Sequence record: DRR378314_301
Direction: 5' to 3' (one strand)
DNA length: 64,000 nt
Shown: positions 26,549 through 38,042 of the stretch, in pieces
Layout: the number at the start of each line of letters is the position of its first letter
Position numbering within the stretch: the first letter of the stretch is position 1
Position numbers and translations under genes: made by a program
The notes under the pieces: generated by a model
Database searches by the model: none
What the model was told of the DNA's origin: nothing
The model's input: only the letters and a program-made list of their open reading frames with translations

Positions 26549-27304
26549 ATGACTGATTTTGTGAAACAGAATCCCTCCTCCTTTCCCGATGCGCTGTTGT
26601 GCGAAGCCCGAGGCCTTGAGGTTCTGGCAGATACCCTCAGGGCGGCCGGTGTCGACGGATTACGGGTTCCAGAGGTGAAATCCGTCTCAGCCAGCGAGCT
26701 GGTGATTCCGAGAATTGATCCCGGCCCGGCGAGCGAGGAAGCCATGGCAGCGCTTGGCGAAGGTCTGGCGCGAATGCATGCGGTACGGCAGCCCGAGTAT
26801 GGCTTCGATGCCGATAACATGATTGGGCTGTCGCCTCAGAAGAACCGCCTGACCGACGATTGGGGCGAGTTTTTTCTGTTAGACCGACTGGGTGCGCAGG
26901 TCGGCATGATCGGCGATGCTCGTGTCCGGAAAGAATTTGAAGCGGTGCTTGCCCGCAAGGGCAAAGAGCTAGCCCGATTTCTGAATGGGCATTGCGAACA
27001 CCCAAGCCTGCTCCATGGTGACCTCTGGCCCGGGAATGTCCTGTTCGACAGCGCCGGGCCATGGCTCATTGATCCGGCGGTGTATTACGGCGACCGGGAG
27101 GCAGACGTTGCCATGACGGAGCTGTTCGGCGGCTTCTCCTCGGCTTTCTACAGAGCCTACGATCGGGTCTATCCCAGAACGAATGTCTACGACACCAAAC
27201 GCGCCATCTATAACCTGTATCACACCCTCAATCACTACAACCTGTTCGGGGCTTCCTACCTGAATGCCTGCCGCCGCAACCTTGAGGTGATTGCCGTGAT
27301 GTGA
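26549..27304 (+). CDS. Fructosamine kinase family protein
   Basis: FVK..EARGL, GEGLARMH, LLHGDLWPGN, IDPAVYYGDREAD, LNHYNLFG. Confidence 0.9.
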   Translation: MTDFVKQNPSSFPDALLCEARGLEVLADTLRAAGVDGLRVPEVKSVSASELVIPRIDPGPASEEAMAALGEGLARMHAVRQPEYGFDADNMIGLSPQKNRLTDDWGEFFLLDRLGAQVGMIGDARVRKEFEAVLARKGKELARFLNGHCEHPSLLHGDLWPGNVLFDSAGPWLIDPAVYYGDREADVAMTELFGGFSSAFYRAYDRVYPRTNVYDTKRAIYNLYHTLNHYNLFGASYLNACRRNLEVIAVM

Positions 27305-27314
27305 CGGCAGTGGG

Positions 27315-27794
27315 CTACCACCTGGCCTTGTCCCACATTTCCGGATTGGCCCAATTGTCGGGGTTGTTCCACGCCCGTTTATGGTTGTAGCTGTCGATGT
27401 TGTAGGTGTACAGCGTGAGTGGGCTGTCTTCGTCGGCAAGTTCGGCCTGCTTGCGGAAGCCAAGGCCGATGAAGTCCGTAAACGACCACTCGGGGCAGTC
27501 TGCCACCATGACAGCGATCTGGTGGGTGCCGTAGTTGCGCAATTGGCCCAGCAGTACCTGGCCCTCGTCGTGATCCAGGTGTTCGAGGGTGTTGGTCACC
27601 AGGGCCAGGTCCTGGGTCTCGGGCAGCGGAAAGGCGTCATTGGGCGCACTGGTGTCCAGCGTCGTCATGGCCGACTCACTGTGGTGCTGGCACCAATGAT
27701 CCCCGACGTCGCCGGCAATCTTGCCACAAACCACCAGTGTGGCGGGTTGGCAGGTGTCGATGATACGGGCCAGGGCCTGGTGGGGAGAGGTCAT
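27315..27794 (-). CDS. Conserved hypothetical protein (DUF6231-like)
   Basis: LEHL..GQLRN, C-terminal WNNPDNWANPEMWDKARW. Confidence 0.7.
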   Translation of the reverse strand: MTSPHQALARIIDTCQPATLVVCGKIAGDVGDHWCQHHSESAMTTLDTSAPNDAFPLPETQDLALVTNTLEHLDHDEGQVLLGQLRNYGTHQIAVMVADCPEWSFTDFIGLGFRKQAELADEDSPLTLYTYNIDSYNHKRAWNNPDNWANPEMWDKARW

Positions 27795-27830
27795 GGTTTG
27801 GTGCGTCCGTCTGGAATGGGTTAACCAGTA

Positions 27831-29153
27831 TCACACCGGCCAGTCGGCGGCATCAACCAGATGCAGTCCGACTGGCTGTGCCGCATCGCCTTGCCAGCGC
27901 CTGACGAATTCGCCCTCCGGATCGAACTGCCGGGCCTGTTTCTCAAGGTTGAAGTGGCGTGGCCCCTTGGGGTCGGCGCCTACGCCAGCTAGATATTGCC
28001 AATTACCGTAGTTGCTCGCCACATCGTAATCCACCAGTTGTTCCTCGAACCAGGCGGCGCCATAGCGCCAGTCCAGTTCCAGTTCGTTGACAAGACAGCT
28101 GGCGACAATCTGGCGGCTGCGGTTGCTGAGGTAACCGGTTTCACGGAGCTGGTTCATCGCGGCATTGACCAGCGGGTATTCGGTGGTGCCCGCACACCAG
28201 GCCTTGAATCGATGGGGATAAAAGGACGCAGCCCGTTTTTTCTGTTGCACGCCGTCACGGCGGAATAGATTGGCGCCGTGCTTCAGGGCGTACCAGTAAA
28301 AATACTCCCGCCACAACAGCTCGAACCATAGCCAATAGGTGGACTCGTTCTTCACGTGCCGGTCTTCGTAGTCGGTGATGGTGTCGGCCACTTCCCGGGC
28401 AGACAGAGAACCGTTCGCCAGCCACGGAGAAAACCGGGAGGACGCGTTGGCGTCGTCCAGGGCGTTGCGGGTTTCATTGTAGTGGTCGATGTGGTGATTG
28501 ATGAACAGATAGTCGTTCAAACGAGTGAGCCCGGCTGATTCGCCGCCGGTGAACGGCAACGGATGCCGAGGTTCTGGAATGGCTGGGCACGCACCACGAT
28601 TGTCTTCCGGATAGCCAGGCGCTGGGGGTAATGCTGTCAGCGTACGAATGCGCAGGCGTTCCGAGTTGCGTTCACCGGTTTTCTCCACGTGTTTGCGGAA
28701 CTGGGAGAAGGTGTCTGGCAGATTCACCAGTTCCATCGGCAGGGAGCCTTCGGTAAACAGGCTCAGGGTTTCAAACTGCTGGAATACCGTGGCCGGAAGC
28801 GCATTCTTGATGACCCGCCACTGATCGGCCTCCCGAGTGCCGGGTAGGCGGGAACGTATCACGCGTCCGATCTGATGATCGTGCACCAGCTCCGGGATCA
28901 CCTCTTCAGGATCACCAAAGGCAATGTGCAGTCTCTGGCCCAGGGGGCGCAGGCCGCGTTCCAGAGCCATCAGGCTCTGCCACAGAAAACGCCAGCGATG
29001 CTCGCCCATGGTTTTACACTGGAATGGGCCCGGGGCAAACCATCGCGGGTCCACCACGTATACACAGAGCAACATGTCCGACTTTGAGGCGGCCAGAAGG
29101 GCTGCGTTGTCGTGCAGCCGAAGGTCCCGGGTAAACCAATACAGCGTTTTCAA
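27831..29153 (-). CDS. Cryptochrome DASH / photolyase family protein
   Basis: WFTRDLRLHDN, SRFSPWLANG, ELLWREYF, GYLSNRSRQ, DYDVASNYGNWQY; probable TTG start 29153. Confidence 0.92.
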   Translation of the reverse strand: MKTLYWFTRDLRLHDNAALLAASKSDMLLCVYVVDPRWFAPGPFQCKTMGEHRWRFLWQSLMALERGLRPLGQRLHIAFGDPEEVIPELVHDHQIGRVIRSRLPGTREADQWRVIKNALPATVFQQFETLSLFTEGSLPMELVNLPDTFSQFRKHVEKTGERNSERLRIRTLTALPPAPGYPEDNRGACPAIPEPRHPLPFTGGESAGLTRLNDYLFINHHIDHYNETRNALDDANASSRFSPWLANGSLSAREVADTITDYEDRHVKNESTYWLWFELLWREYFYWYALKHGANLFRRDGVQQKKRAASFYPHRFKAWCAGTTEYPLVNAAMNQLRETGYLSNRSRQIVASCLVNELELDWRYGAAWFEEQLVDYDVASNYGNWQYLAGVGADPKGPRHFNLEKQARQFDPEGEFVRRWQGDAAQPVGLHLVDAADWPV

Positions 29154-29224
29154 TGCTTTTCGATCCTTTCCGTTTGTTTCTACTCTGTACGTTGCCAAGT
29201 GTATAAGCGATTATGAACCGGTAA

Positions 29225-30367
<1,143 letters not shown>

Positions 30368-30415
30368 TTTTCGGAGATAGCCCTACAGTGATTCTGTGGG
30401 GCTCAAGGTGTGTCA

Positions 30416-30862
30416 ATGTCTAACAACAATCCCTTCCGCTTCCGTTTCCGTGTCCGCTACGGCGAGTGTGACGCTCAGAGTGTGGTGTTCAACGCCCGCT
30501 ACGCGGACTATGTGGATATTTCCGTCAACGAATACATCCGTACCCTGTTCGGGGATTACCAGAATCTGCTGGACCAGAACCTGGATATCCAGGTGGTTAG
30601 CCTTACGGTGAACTACCGCGCGCCGGCGCGATTTGACGAGGTGCTGGAGGCGCGGATAAAGGTCGGGCGTCTGGGGAATACGTCCTTCACCCTGCATTTG
30701 GAATTTATTCGCTTCGGTGACGAGCAGCTTGTGGCTGAGGCGGATATTACCTATGTGCTGATCCAGCCCTCTGAAATGGCCAAGACGCCGATACCGACGC
30801 ATATCCGTGGGAAGCTGGAGGAGGGAGGTCCCGGCGTGCTGATCAGTCACGCCGGGGAATAA
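30416..30862 (+). CDS. 4HBT/YbgC-like acyl-CoA thioesterase
   Basis: RVRYGECDAQSVVFNARY, YRAPARFDE. Confidence 0.88.
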   Translation: MSNNNPFRFRFRVRYGECDAQSVVFNARYADYVDISVNEYIRTLFGDYQNLLDQNLDIQVVSLTVNYRAPARFDEVLEARIKVGRLGNTSFTLHLEFIRFGDEQLVAEADITYVLIQPSEMAKTPIPTHIRGKLEEGGPGVLISHAGE

Positions 30863-30867
30863 TCGGT

Positions 30868-31551
30868 TCAGCCTGCCTGGAGCGCCTGAAGCACCGCTTT
30901 GGCGGTACCTTCGGAAGACGCCGGGTTCTGGCCGGTGATCAGTTTGCCGTCCACCACGATGTGCGGTGCCCAGTCATCGCCCTTGGAGTAGGTGGCGGTG
31001 TTTTCCTTCAGCATATCTTCCAGCAGGAAGGGAACCACGTTGCTCAGGCCCACGGCGTCCTCCTCGCTGTTGCTGAATCCGGTCACCTCTCGGCCGCCCA
31101 CGATGTTCTGGCCGGGCTTCACTTCCACGTTCTTGAACACACCGGGGGCGTGGCAGACCGCGCCAATGACTTTGTCCTGTTCATAGGCGGTCTTGATCAA
31201 GGCAATCGATTTGTCGTCTTCAGCCAGGTCCCAAAGCGGACCATGGCCGCCGGGGTAGAAAACGGCGTCGTACTCATTCATGTCTACATCCGCCAGTTTC
31301 TTGGTGCTTGCCAGGGACTCCTTGGCGTGGGCGTCCTGCTGGAAGCGGCGGGTGGTGTCGGTGAGCGCCTCGTCAGCTTCACTGTTCGGGTCCACGGGCG
31401 GGCGGGCGCCCTTCGGCGAGGCGATGGTGATGTCCGCGCCGGCATCGCTGAACACGTAGTAGGGCGCTGTGAATTCTTCCAGCCAGAAGCCGGTTTTATG
31501 CCCGGTATCCCCCATCTGGTCGTGCGAGGTGAGAACCATCAATATCTTCAT
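30868..31551 (-). CDS. DJ-1/PfpI (type 1 glutamine amidotransferase-like) protein
   Basis: TGFWLEE, PGGHGPLWDL, AVCHAP, TGQNPASS. Confidence 0.93.
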   Translation of the reverse strand: MKILMVLTSHDQMGDTGHKTGFWLEEFTAPYYVFSDAGADITIASPKGARPPVDPNSEADEALTDTTRRFQQDAHAKESLASTKKLADVDMNEYDAVFYPGGHGPLWDLAEDDKSIALIKTAYEQDKVIGAVCHAPGVFKNVEVKPGQNIVGGREVTGFSNSEEDAVGLSNVVPFLLEDMLKENTATYSKGDDWAPHIVVDGKLITGQNPASSEGTAKAVLQALQAG

Positions 31552-31776
31552 GCTATTCGTCCTTCTTGATCCTGGGTGGATTCAAACAATGGCCTTATAG
31601 ACTGTGTTGCGGTAGTCATTGGCGAAATCAACCGTCAGTGCCTGAAAATACGGCCGTGCGTTGCAAACAGATGCTGTGGATGTCACTTACAGTCTATCGG
31701 CTATACTTAAGTCAATAATGGATGAAAGGCTGAACCGGCCTAGCGGTCATCGGTTCTGCGATCAACACATGGAAGG

Positions 31777-32535
31777 ATGATCCCCGTGCATCACTGTGTA
31801 TCCCGACTGTTCACTGGTTTGATTGTTTGCCTTATTCCCTTGATAGGCTCCGCGCAGGATGGCCGAATTGTCACTGTCGGTGTTAATCACGCGCCGCCCT
31901 ACCGAGTGGTTACAAACCACGAGGTAACCGGCCTTTACGTCGACATATTCAACGAGATTGCTGATAGGGCTGGTTGGAAGGTGAGCTATGTGGAAGCTCC
32001 ATTCCGCCGTGTACTGCTTATGATGGAAGAGGGCAAGATCGATATCATGCTAGGGCCACTCAGGTCCGAGGAACGGGAGCGAGTGATGGTGTTTGTGGCA
32101 CCGGTGTACCCACCCGAACGAAAGCTCTTTTTTTACCGTCGCGATGAACATCGCATCACGCACTATGACGATCTGCGTGGAAAGAAAATTGGTGTGCTTT
32201 CCGGTGCCAAGTACTTTGAACGCTTCGATAACGACAAAGACCTGGTTAGGGAACCGATAGCTCATTATGAAAATCTGATGAAGATGCTGGAAAAAGACCG
32301 GGTGGACGTGGTACTTGCCCCCGAACTGGTCGGGCGCTATACCGTCAACCAGTTGGGGGTGAGCGTCTCTGTGTCGCCTTACCAGGTACCGGGTGAGCAT
32401 TCCTACATTGCGATATCACGGGCGTCGCCACTGATTGACGATCAGGGGGAGATAAACAGGGTGTTTGAACAGATGCGGGCTGAGGGTACCTACGACAAAC
32501 TCGTCATGGGCTACCAGGATCATGCCAGCCAATGA
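31777..32535 (+). CDS. Periplasmic amino-acid-type substrate-binding protein (family 3)
   Basis: Signal peptide, APPY, PFRRVL..GKID, DLRGKKIG, RVD. Confidence 0.85.
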   Translation: MIPVHHCVSRLFTGLIVCLIPLIGSAQDGRIVTVGVNHAPPYRVVTNHEVTGLYVDIFNEIADRAGWKVSYVEAPFRRVLLMMEEGKIDIMLGPLRSEERERVMVFVAPVYPPERKLFFYRRDEHRITHYDDLRGKKIGVLSGAKYFERFDNDKDLVREPIAHYENLMKMLEKDRVDVVLAPELVGRYTVNQLGVSVSVSPYQVPGEHSYIAISRASPLIDDQGEINRVFEQMRAEGTYDKLVMGYQDHASQ

Positions 32536-32975
32536 CACCGGACCGGAACGATTTGTGGTTCCCGCCACTGGGCGGCACTGGCGAAATTGGCATGAACCTC
32601 AACCTGTATAGCCACGACGGCCACTGGCTGATGGCGGACCCCGCCTTTATCGCCGACCGCCGCGGCCGGCAGTCATCCGGATTTGGAACTGGAGGCGGGC
32701 GACACGGTCATCTTCAGCGCCCGTGCCATCCGGCACGGGAGGAGCTCGAGTTGATGTATCGTTGGGTACGACCCGCCATCGCTATTCCGGTCCATGGTGA
32801 GGCGGAGCGTATGAAAACGCATGCGGCTATTGCCAGAATAGAAGGTATTCCCAGAGCCATGGTTGGTCGCAATGGCGACTTGTTTATGATCCGGTCGGTT
32901 CCGGGTGTTCGCCGGCAGGTGACCGGTACCGGTCACCTGGGGTGGGAGAAAAATATGTTGGTAAGGGTTGAGTAG
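32532..32975 (+). pseudogene. rnj: Collapsed ribonuclease J remnant (multiple internal deletions)
   Basis: N-terminal PLGGTGEIGMNLNLY; out-of-frame HPDLELEAGDTVIFSARAI (32662-32730); C-terminal HPAREEL..IPVHGE..NGD; no THxHxDH catalytic motif. Confidence 0.85.
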
Positions 32976-32979
32976 AAGG

Positions 32980-33780
32980 ATGTTACGAGCTTTATGCGCT
33001 CTGTGTATCTGGCTTACGGTGCTGATGGCGCCGGTGATCGCCAGTGCGTCTCCGGAAACCCGATGCAAGACACTGACCGTGAGCGGCAACCCGGAGTATC
33101 CGCCGTTGCTGTGGCGAGATCCTCAGAACCCGGAGTATCTCGTTGGCGCGGTGCCGGCGCTGCTGCGGGAAATTGTCGAGCCTCTGGGACTGGAGGTTAT
33201 TGTCCGTGATCTGGGGTCCTGGGCCCGAGTACAACATGTCGCCCGCAAAGGTGATATTGATATGGTAGCGGGCGCGTTCATCACCTCCGAGCGCATCCGC
33301 TACATGGATTATCTGCTTCCACCAATCACCCATCTTCCCACGGCTGTGTGGGTGCCAAAGGACAACCGCTTTGTTTATCGCCATTGGCCAGATCTATTGG
33401 CCAAGCGAGGCAGCACCCTTATCAATAACAGCTTTGGCCAGAACTTCGACCGCTATGCGGACAACAACCTTCGCATCGTAGGCGTCAGGACGATCGAACA
33501 GTCGTTCCAGATGGCTCTGGCAGGGCGTGTGGATTATGTTCTTTACGAGGTGCTTCAGGGCCAGGTGAAGTTGGAGAATATGGGCATTGCGAACCAGTTT
33601 GTTGCGTTGGCGCCCTCCGTTAGCCGGGAAGGGCTTTTCTTCACCTTTTCAAAGGCGTCAGCTTGCAACACATTCGCGCTACGAGAGGCCATAGCCGACC
33701 GGTTGTTTGACCTGGTGGACTCCGGACGTGTTGACCAATTGATTAACGAATATACCTTGGTTTATACCAGCAGGCCGTGA
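32980..33780 (+). CDS. Periplasmic substrate-binding protein (family 3)
   Basis: Signal peptide, NPEYPP, WARVQ..GDIDMV, GRVDY. Confidence 0.85.
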   Translation: MLRALCALCIWLTVLMAPVIASASPETRCKTLTVSGNPEYPPLLWRDPQNPEYLVGAVPALLREIVEPLGLEVIVRDLGSWARVQHVARKGDIDMVAGAFITSERIRYMDYLLPPITHLPTAVWVPKDNRFVYRHWPDLLAKRGSTLINNSFGQNFDRYADNNLRIVGVRTIEQSFQMALAGRVDYVLYEVLQGQVKLENMGIANQFVALAPSVSREGLFFTFSKASACNTFALREAIADRLFDLVDSGRVDQLINEYTLVYTSRP

Positions 33781-33803
33781 ACCGTTGGTATGCACAAACA
33801 GAT

Positions 33804-35156
33804 TCAAGGCGAAGTTTCGAAGGTCGTTTGGTGTCCCAGTGTCAGTCCGTTGTCGATAAATCGCTGCAGAACAATGCCATAGGTGCCATCGGGCACTTCC
33901 CTTGCAATCTCCAATGCCTGGCCAGCGGCGTTTTTTGCCCCACTGCTCAAATCCAGTAAACGGTATTTCGGTGGGCGCTTTTTGTTTTCGTCCCTGACCA
34001 GCATGGCTTTAGGTTTGCGCCTGTTCTTCGGATTTGAGGCGATAACAATGGCCACTTCGCCCGTTTTCATCTCAACGATGGAGCCGGGCGGGTATATGCC
34101 GATCATCAATACGAACTCCCGTGCCAACTCCGGATCGAACTGGGTGCCCCGAAATCGGTGGATGATCTCCAGCGCTTCCATGGAGGACCGCCCCTTGTCA
34201 TACGCCCGGTTACTGGTGATGGCGTCGTAGGTATCAACAATGGCGACGATCTTCGCGAAGTAGGGGATTTGATAATCGACCAGGCCGCGGGGATAGCCTT
34301 TCCCGTCCAGGCGCTCGTGGTGATTGTAAGCGACGTCCACCGTCGCGTGGACGACTCGAGGCAGGGACATCAGCATGTCGCGGCCCCAATTGGCGTGATT
34401 CTGCATGATGCCGTGTTCTTCGGGCGTCAGTGCGCCGGGTTTTTGCAGTATTTCCGCCGGAATCTTGGACTTTCCAATATCATGAAGCAGGCCGCATAGC
34501 CCGAGAGTTCGAATTTCTTCTTCAAGCAACCCCAAGCGCTTTCCAAACGCTGCGGACAGTATGGACACGTTCAGGCAATGCTCGGCGGTGTACTCGTCCT
34601 TGTGCTTTAACTTGGTCAGCAAAAGCAGCGCATCGTCGTTGCGTAAAATGCTGTCCACACAATCGTCGACAACTTCCCTTGCCCGGTTTATGTCCAGAGT
34701 CCGGCCAAGGCGAAGCCCGGACATGATTCCTTGCGCAACCTTCTTCGCTTCCTCGTAATGGCCGGAGGCATTGCGGATTTCGTAGTTTACGTCGACCTTG
34801 TTGATATAGGTGACGCGCTTAGTGATGCGGCCATTGTCCCCATTGGCGCTTGGGGCAGGTTTGACGGTTGAGCGCTTTTGGGTAGCCGGCTTCTTGCTGA
34901 TTTTCAGGAAGCTGGCCTTCTCGCGCCTTCGCTCGGGCTCGGAAGGTTTCTCGGGGTATTCGGGATTCTTGACCTTGCCCTCAATAATGACTTTTCGGCA
35001 TTGGGCCTGTAGGGCATCGATGTCGTCCTGCTTCTGGACGATGAAGCCCTGAAGCAGGAAATCGGTTTCTTCCCAGGGACGATCGAGCTGAACCACATGC
35101 ATACCGATGCGCAGCTCGGAAACGTCAATTTCAAGTTCGACGGTTTCGTAACGCAT
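33804..35156 (-). CDS. HD-GYP c-di-GMP phosphodiesterase with DUF3391-like N-terminus
   Basis: LRIGMHV..LDRPW, YTAEHC, LLHDIGK, HHERLDGKGYP. Confidence 0.93.
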   Translation of the reverse strand: MRYETVELEIDVSELRIGMHVVQLDRPWEETDFLLQGFIVQKQDDIDALQAQCRKVIIEGKVKNPEYPEKPSEPERRREKASFLKISKKPATQKRSTVKPAPSANGDNGRITKRVTYINKVDVNYEIRNASGHYEEAKKVAQGIMSGLRLGRTLDINRAREVVDDCVDSILRNDDALLLLTKLKHKDEYTAEHCLNVSILSAAFGKRLGLLEEEIRTLGLCGLLHDIGKSKIPAEILQKPGALTPEEHGIMQNHANWGRDMLMSLPRVVHATVDVAYNHHERLDGKGYPRGLVDYQIPYFAKIVAIVDTYDAITSNRAYDKGRSSMEALEIIHRFRGTQFDPELAREFVLMIGIYPPGSIVEMKTGEVAIVIASNPKNRRKPKAMLVRDENKKRPPKYRLLDLSSGAKNAAGQALEIAREVPDGTYGIVLQRFIDNGLTLGHQTTFETSP

Positions 35157-35211
35157 GGCACCGTTCCCGATACATATGTGTCAATAGTAGATGCCATTGC
35201 GCTCACCGTCA

Positions 35212-35976
35212 TTATTCCTTCCGCGTATTTTTGTTGCAGGATTTTGAAACATTGTGTGACATCAGGCTGGTGGCCGAACAACAGGCGATTACCGACACCA
35301 CCACGGCAGGCCCCGCGGGAATATCTTGGCTGGCGGACAACCAAAGCCCAAGGCCATGTCCCGCAAAACAGCATGACGACGCGATCAGAAGTCCGTAGCC
35401 CCTCAGGTGACAGAGCATTAACGGTGCTGCGATCAACGAGGCAAACACCACGTAAATACCTGCCGTATCCACCGTCAGGGTGACCACCACGGCAAACAGG
35501 GGCAAAAACAGCGTTGATCGAACCCGGTCATTGCCTGCGTTGTGCCAGAGTAGAACAGCCAGGGATACGACCGCCAGCGGGATCAACGACAGGCCGGTGA
35601 CCCAGAGCAAATCGCCGTTGAGCGTTCTGGCCAGTTGCTGCGCTCCGTGGGGGTCGTTGCTCACCACCAGCGTTGCCAGGCTGGCGCCCAGCACATAGAG
35701 GGTGCCGATCATCGCTTCCCGATAAGCCGGCACCAATTTCAGGATCAGAGAAACCAATCCCACCGCCAGCAGCGCAAACAGCAAGCCGCTGATGGGCAGG
35801 CCCACAAGGGTGTGGTTGGGCATCAAGGCCAGTGAACCCAACGCTGCCCACTGGGCGATGGCGAGGTCTGCAAACACCACACCCCGTGCCAGCACACAGT
35901 GCCCCAGGGGCACGAGGCTAAGGGCCATCAGCAGGCTTGCCCCCAACGGGGTCAGCAGCCAGAACCAGTCAGCCAT
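35212..35976 (-). CDS. Metal (Zn/Mn) ABC transporter permease
   Basis: LG..VLARGVVFADLAIAQ, GDLLWV, PAGPAVV. Confidence 0.85.
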   Translation of the reverse strand: MADWFWLLTPLGASLLMALSLVPLGHCVLARGVVFADLAIAQWAALGSLALMPNHTLVGLPISGLLFALLAVGLVSLILKLVPAYREAMIGTLYVLGASLATLVVSNDPHGAQQLARTLNGDLLWVTGLSLIPLAVVSLAVLLWHNAGNDRVRSTLFLPLFAVVVTLTVDTAGIYVVFASLIAAPLMLCHLRGYGLLIASSCCFAGHGLGLWLSASQDIPAGPAVVVSVIACCSATSLMSHNVSKSCNKNTRKE

Positions 35977-36883
35977 GGTCGGCCGCCTTCTGATGATGCG
36001 CCAGACGATCTATGAGGTGATCGATCAGCTCTGCCAGACTGTCCGTCTCCGGTTGATCGTTCACCGTACCTGGAAGAACCTCGATGGGAAGCTGCGTCTG
36101 ATTGGCAAGCCACCGCGCAGGTCGTTCGTCCTGATAGGTGGCGATCAGTATGAGCTTTACCCTTGCCAGGGCCGGATCTGACAGTACGTCGCTCAAATGC
36201 GAAGCACTGGGGGGCAGGCCCGGTTTCGGCTCCAGGTCTATCGCCGATTCCACACTCAGCCAGCGAAGCAGGTAACCGAACGTGGAATGCTGGACAGCCA
36301 CCGACAGACCTTCCAGGTTTTCTGCGGCCTGACGCCATCGGGCAGTGTCCAGTTTCCAGCGCACCTGCCACTGCCTCTGCCGCAGACGGATGGCGTTCTC
36401 ATCGCTAGGTGCCAGTGCCACGAGTCGATCCGCCAGGGCATCGACAACGACGGGCAGCCGGTCCGGATCCAGGTGAATGTGAGGGTCACCCTCGGGATGG
36501 ACGTCGCCCATGCTTCGGTCCACATGATCATGGGGCTGGTGCAGGCTTACCTGCTCCGCAGTAAAGAACAGGCCCGGTTTTCCGGGCTGAACGTCCCGGT
36601 TGGAGGCCCGGCTGATCAGTGCCGGCAACCAACCTGCTTCCAGCGAGGCGCCCGTGCAGACAGCGATGTCCGCGCGCCGCATGGCGGCAATCAGGCTGGG
36701 TCTGGCTTCGATGTAGTGGGGGTCCTGTTGGGCGCTGGTCGCGGTGTGGATATCGGCATCCGGAACCAGTGCCCTGGCCAGATCGGCCCATTCGGGTTCG
36801 CAGGCAAAGACATTGAGGGCGGCCTGGGCCGGCATGACTGCCAGCCCGAGCATGGTTGCTGCGACGAGTTGTTTAAAAGCCAT
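35969..36883 (-). CDS. Metal ABC transporter substrate-binding protein (ZnuA/TroA family)
   Basis: QDPHYIEARPS, GDVHPEGDPHIHLDP, LEPKPGLPP. Confidence 0.92.
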   Translation of the reverse strand: MAFKQLVAATMLGLAVMPAQAALNVFACEPEWADLARALVPDADIHTATSAQQDPHYIEARPSLIAAMRRADIAVCTGASLEAGWLPALISRASNRDVQPGKPGLFFTAEQVSLHQPHDHVDRSMGDVHPEGDPHIHLDPDRLPVVVDALADRLVALAPSDENAIRLRQRQWQVRWKLDTARWRQAAENLEGLSVAVQHSTFGYLLRWLSVESAIDLEPKPGLPPSASHLSDVLSDPALARVKLILIATYQDERPARWLANQTQLPIEVLPGTVNDQPETDSLAELIDHLIDRLAHHQKAADHG

Positions 36884-37994
36884 GGGCACCGTGCGCTCCG
36901 AAGCTCATCACGTATTGCAGAATCACTGTGTTGTCTGCCTGATCGAAGCCGTGCGCGTCCTGGTGGGTGTATTGCAGGCGCACGGTTGAAAAGTGCGAGT
37001 GGGACCAGGCCAGCATAACGTCCGTCTCTTTCAATTCCTGGTCGTGGAAATGGTCGCCGTGGGCTTCTTTCAGCTCCACCTGCCCGTAACGGACGCCGGC
37101 AGACCATTGCGGTGCAAACTGATTCACGGCCGATGCATACCAGCCCTCGTGAACATCATCCGAGGTTGCGTGTTCGTTCAGGTTGTCGGCGTACAGGTAT
37201 TCGCCGCTGAGCGTCAGCTGCTGTTGGCGGTTGTTGCCATCCGGTGCCCACTTCCACACCAGGTCGGTGATGTAGAGGTTTTCGCCGGTGTAACCGGCAC
37301 CGTGGCTGTGGCCGCCATGGTCATGGTCGCCGTGATCATGGTCGTCGTGGTCATCACCATGCCCACCCTGGATCTGCCGATTGTTCAGGTAGGAAAAGCC
37401 GGCCTGCCAGCTGTGGGAGCGTGTGAGGTCTCCCCCAACGCGTGTATTGACGGTATAGACGCCGATGTCTTCGTCACCTTCAGACAGCCTGCCGCCGTCA
37501 AACGCCTCGGCGCCGATCTGCCAGTACAACGGCACTGGCAGCAACAGGTTCAGTCGCAGGCCATCGTCGAAGTAGTGGCTGCCGAGCAGCGCCCGATAGA
37601 CCGCCGGGCGCTCAACGAAATCGTCTTCGTGCAGGTGGCGGCTGTTCAGGTAACCCACCTGGGACAGAAACCGGCCGCCGCGAACACTGAGGTTGTAGGG
37701 CATGCCGGTGGTCTGCAGGAAGGCTTCCTCCAGTTCCAGCTCGGTTTCGCCTTCGTGATCTTCCAGCACCGCCGTTAGACGTCCTTCAAACAGATCGTCG
37801 ATGGGTGAGGACAGCGACAGTTCCGTATGGCCCAGGCCAAATCCCTGGCCGCGATGTGACAGAGCCGTCGCGTTCTGTTTGTAGTAACCGTCGAGGATCA
37901 CGCTGACATCGGGGTTCAGTTCGTTGGCCTGAAGGGTGTTAAACGGGAGAGTGGCCAGCGCAACTGCGCTGGCACCCATGCTAAATCGTTTCAT
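36873..37994 (-). CDS. His-rich outer-membrane beta-barrel, probable zinc uptake receptor/porin
   Basis: Signal peptide, NPDVSVILDG, His/Asp tract HGDDHDDHDHGDHDH, C-terminal FGAHGAHGF. Confidence 0.75.
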   Translation of the reverse strand: MKRFSMGASAVALATLPFNTLQANELNPDVSVILDGYYKQNATALSHRGQGFGLGHTELSLSSPIDDLFEGRLTAVLEDHEGETELELEEAFLQTTGMPYNLSVRGGRFLSQVGYLNSRHLHEDDFVERPAVYRALLGSHYFDDGLRLNLLLPVPLYWQIGAEAFDGGRLSEGDEDIGVYTVNTRVGGDLTRSHSWQAGFSYLNNRQIQGGHGDDHDDHDHGDHDHGGHSHGAGYTGENLYITDLVWKWAPDGNNRQQQLTLSGEYLYADNLNEHATSDDVHEGWYASAVNQFAPQWSAGVRYGQVELKEAHGDHFHDQELKETDVMLAWSHSHFSTVRLQYTHQDAHGFDQADNTVILQYVMSFGAHGAHGF

Positions 37995-38042
37995 AGGGTT
38001 CCTCTGACTGCGGGAAATAGCGTGATGGCCCTGGTCCGCGCA

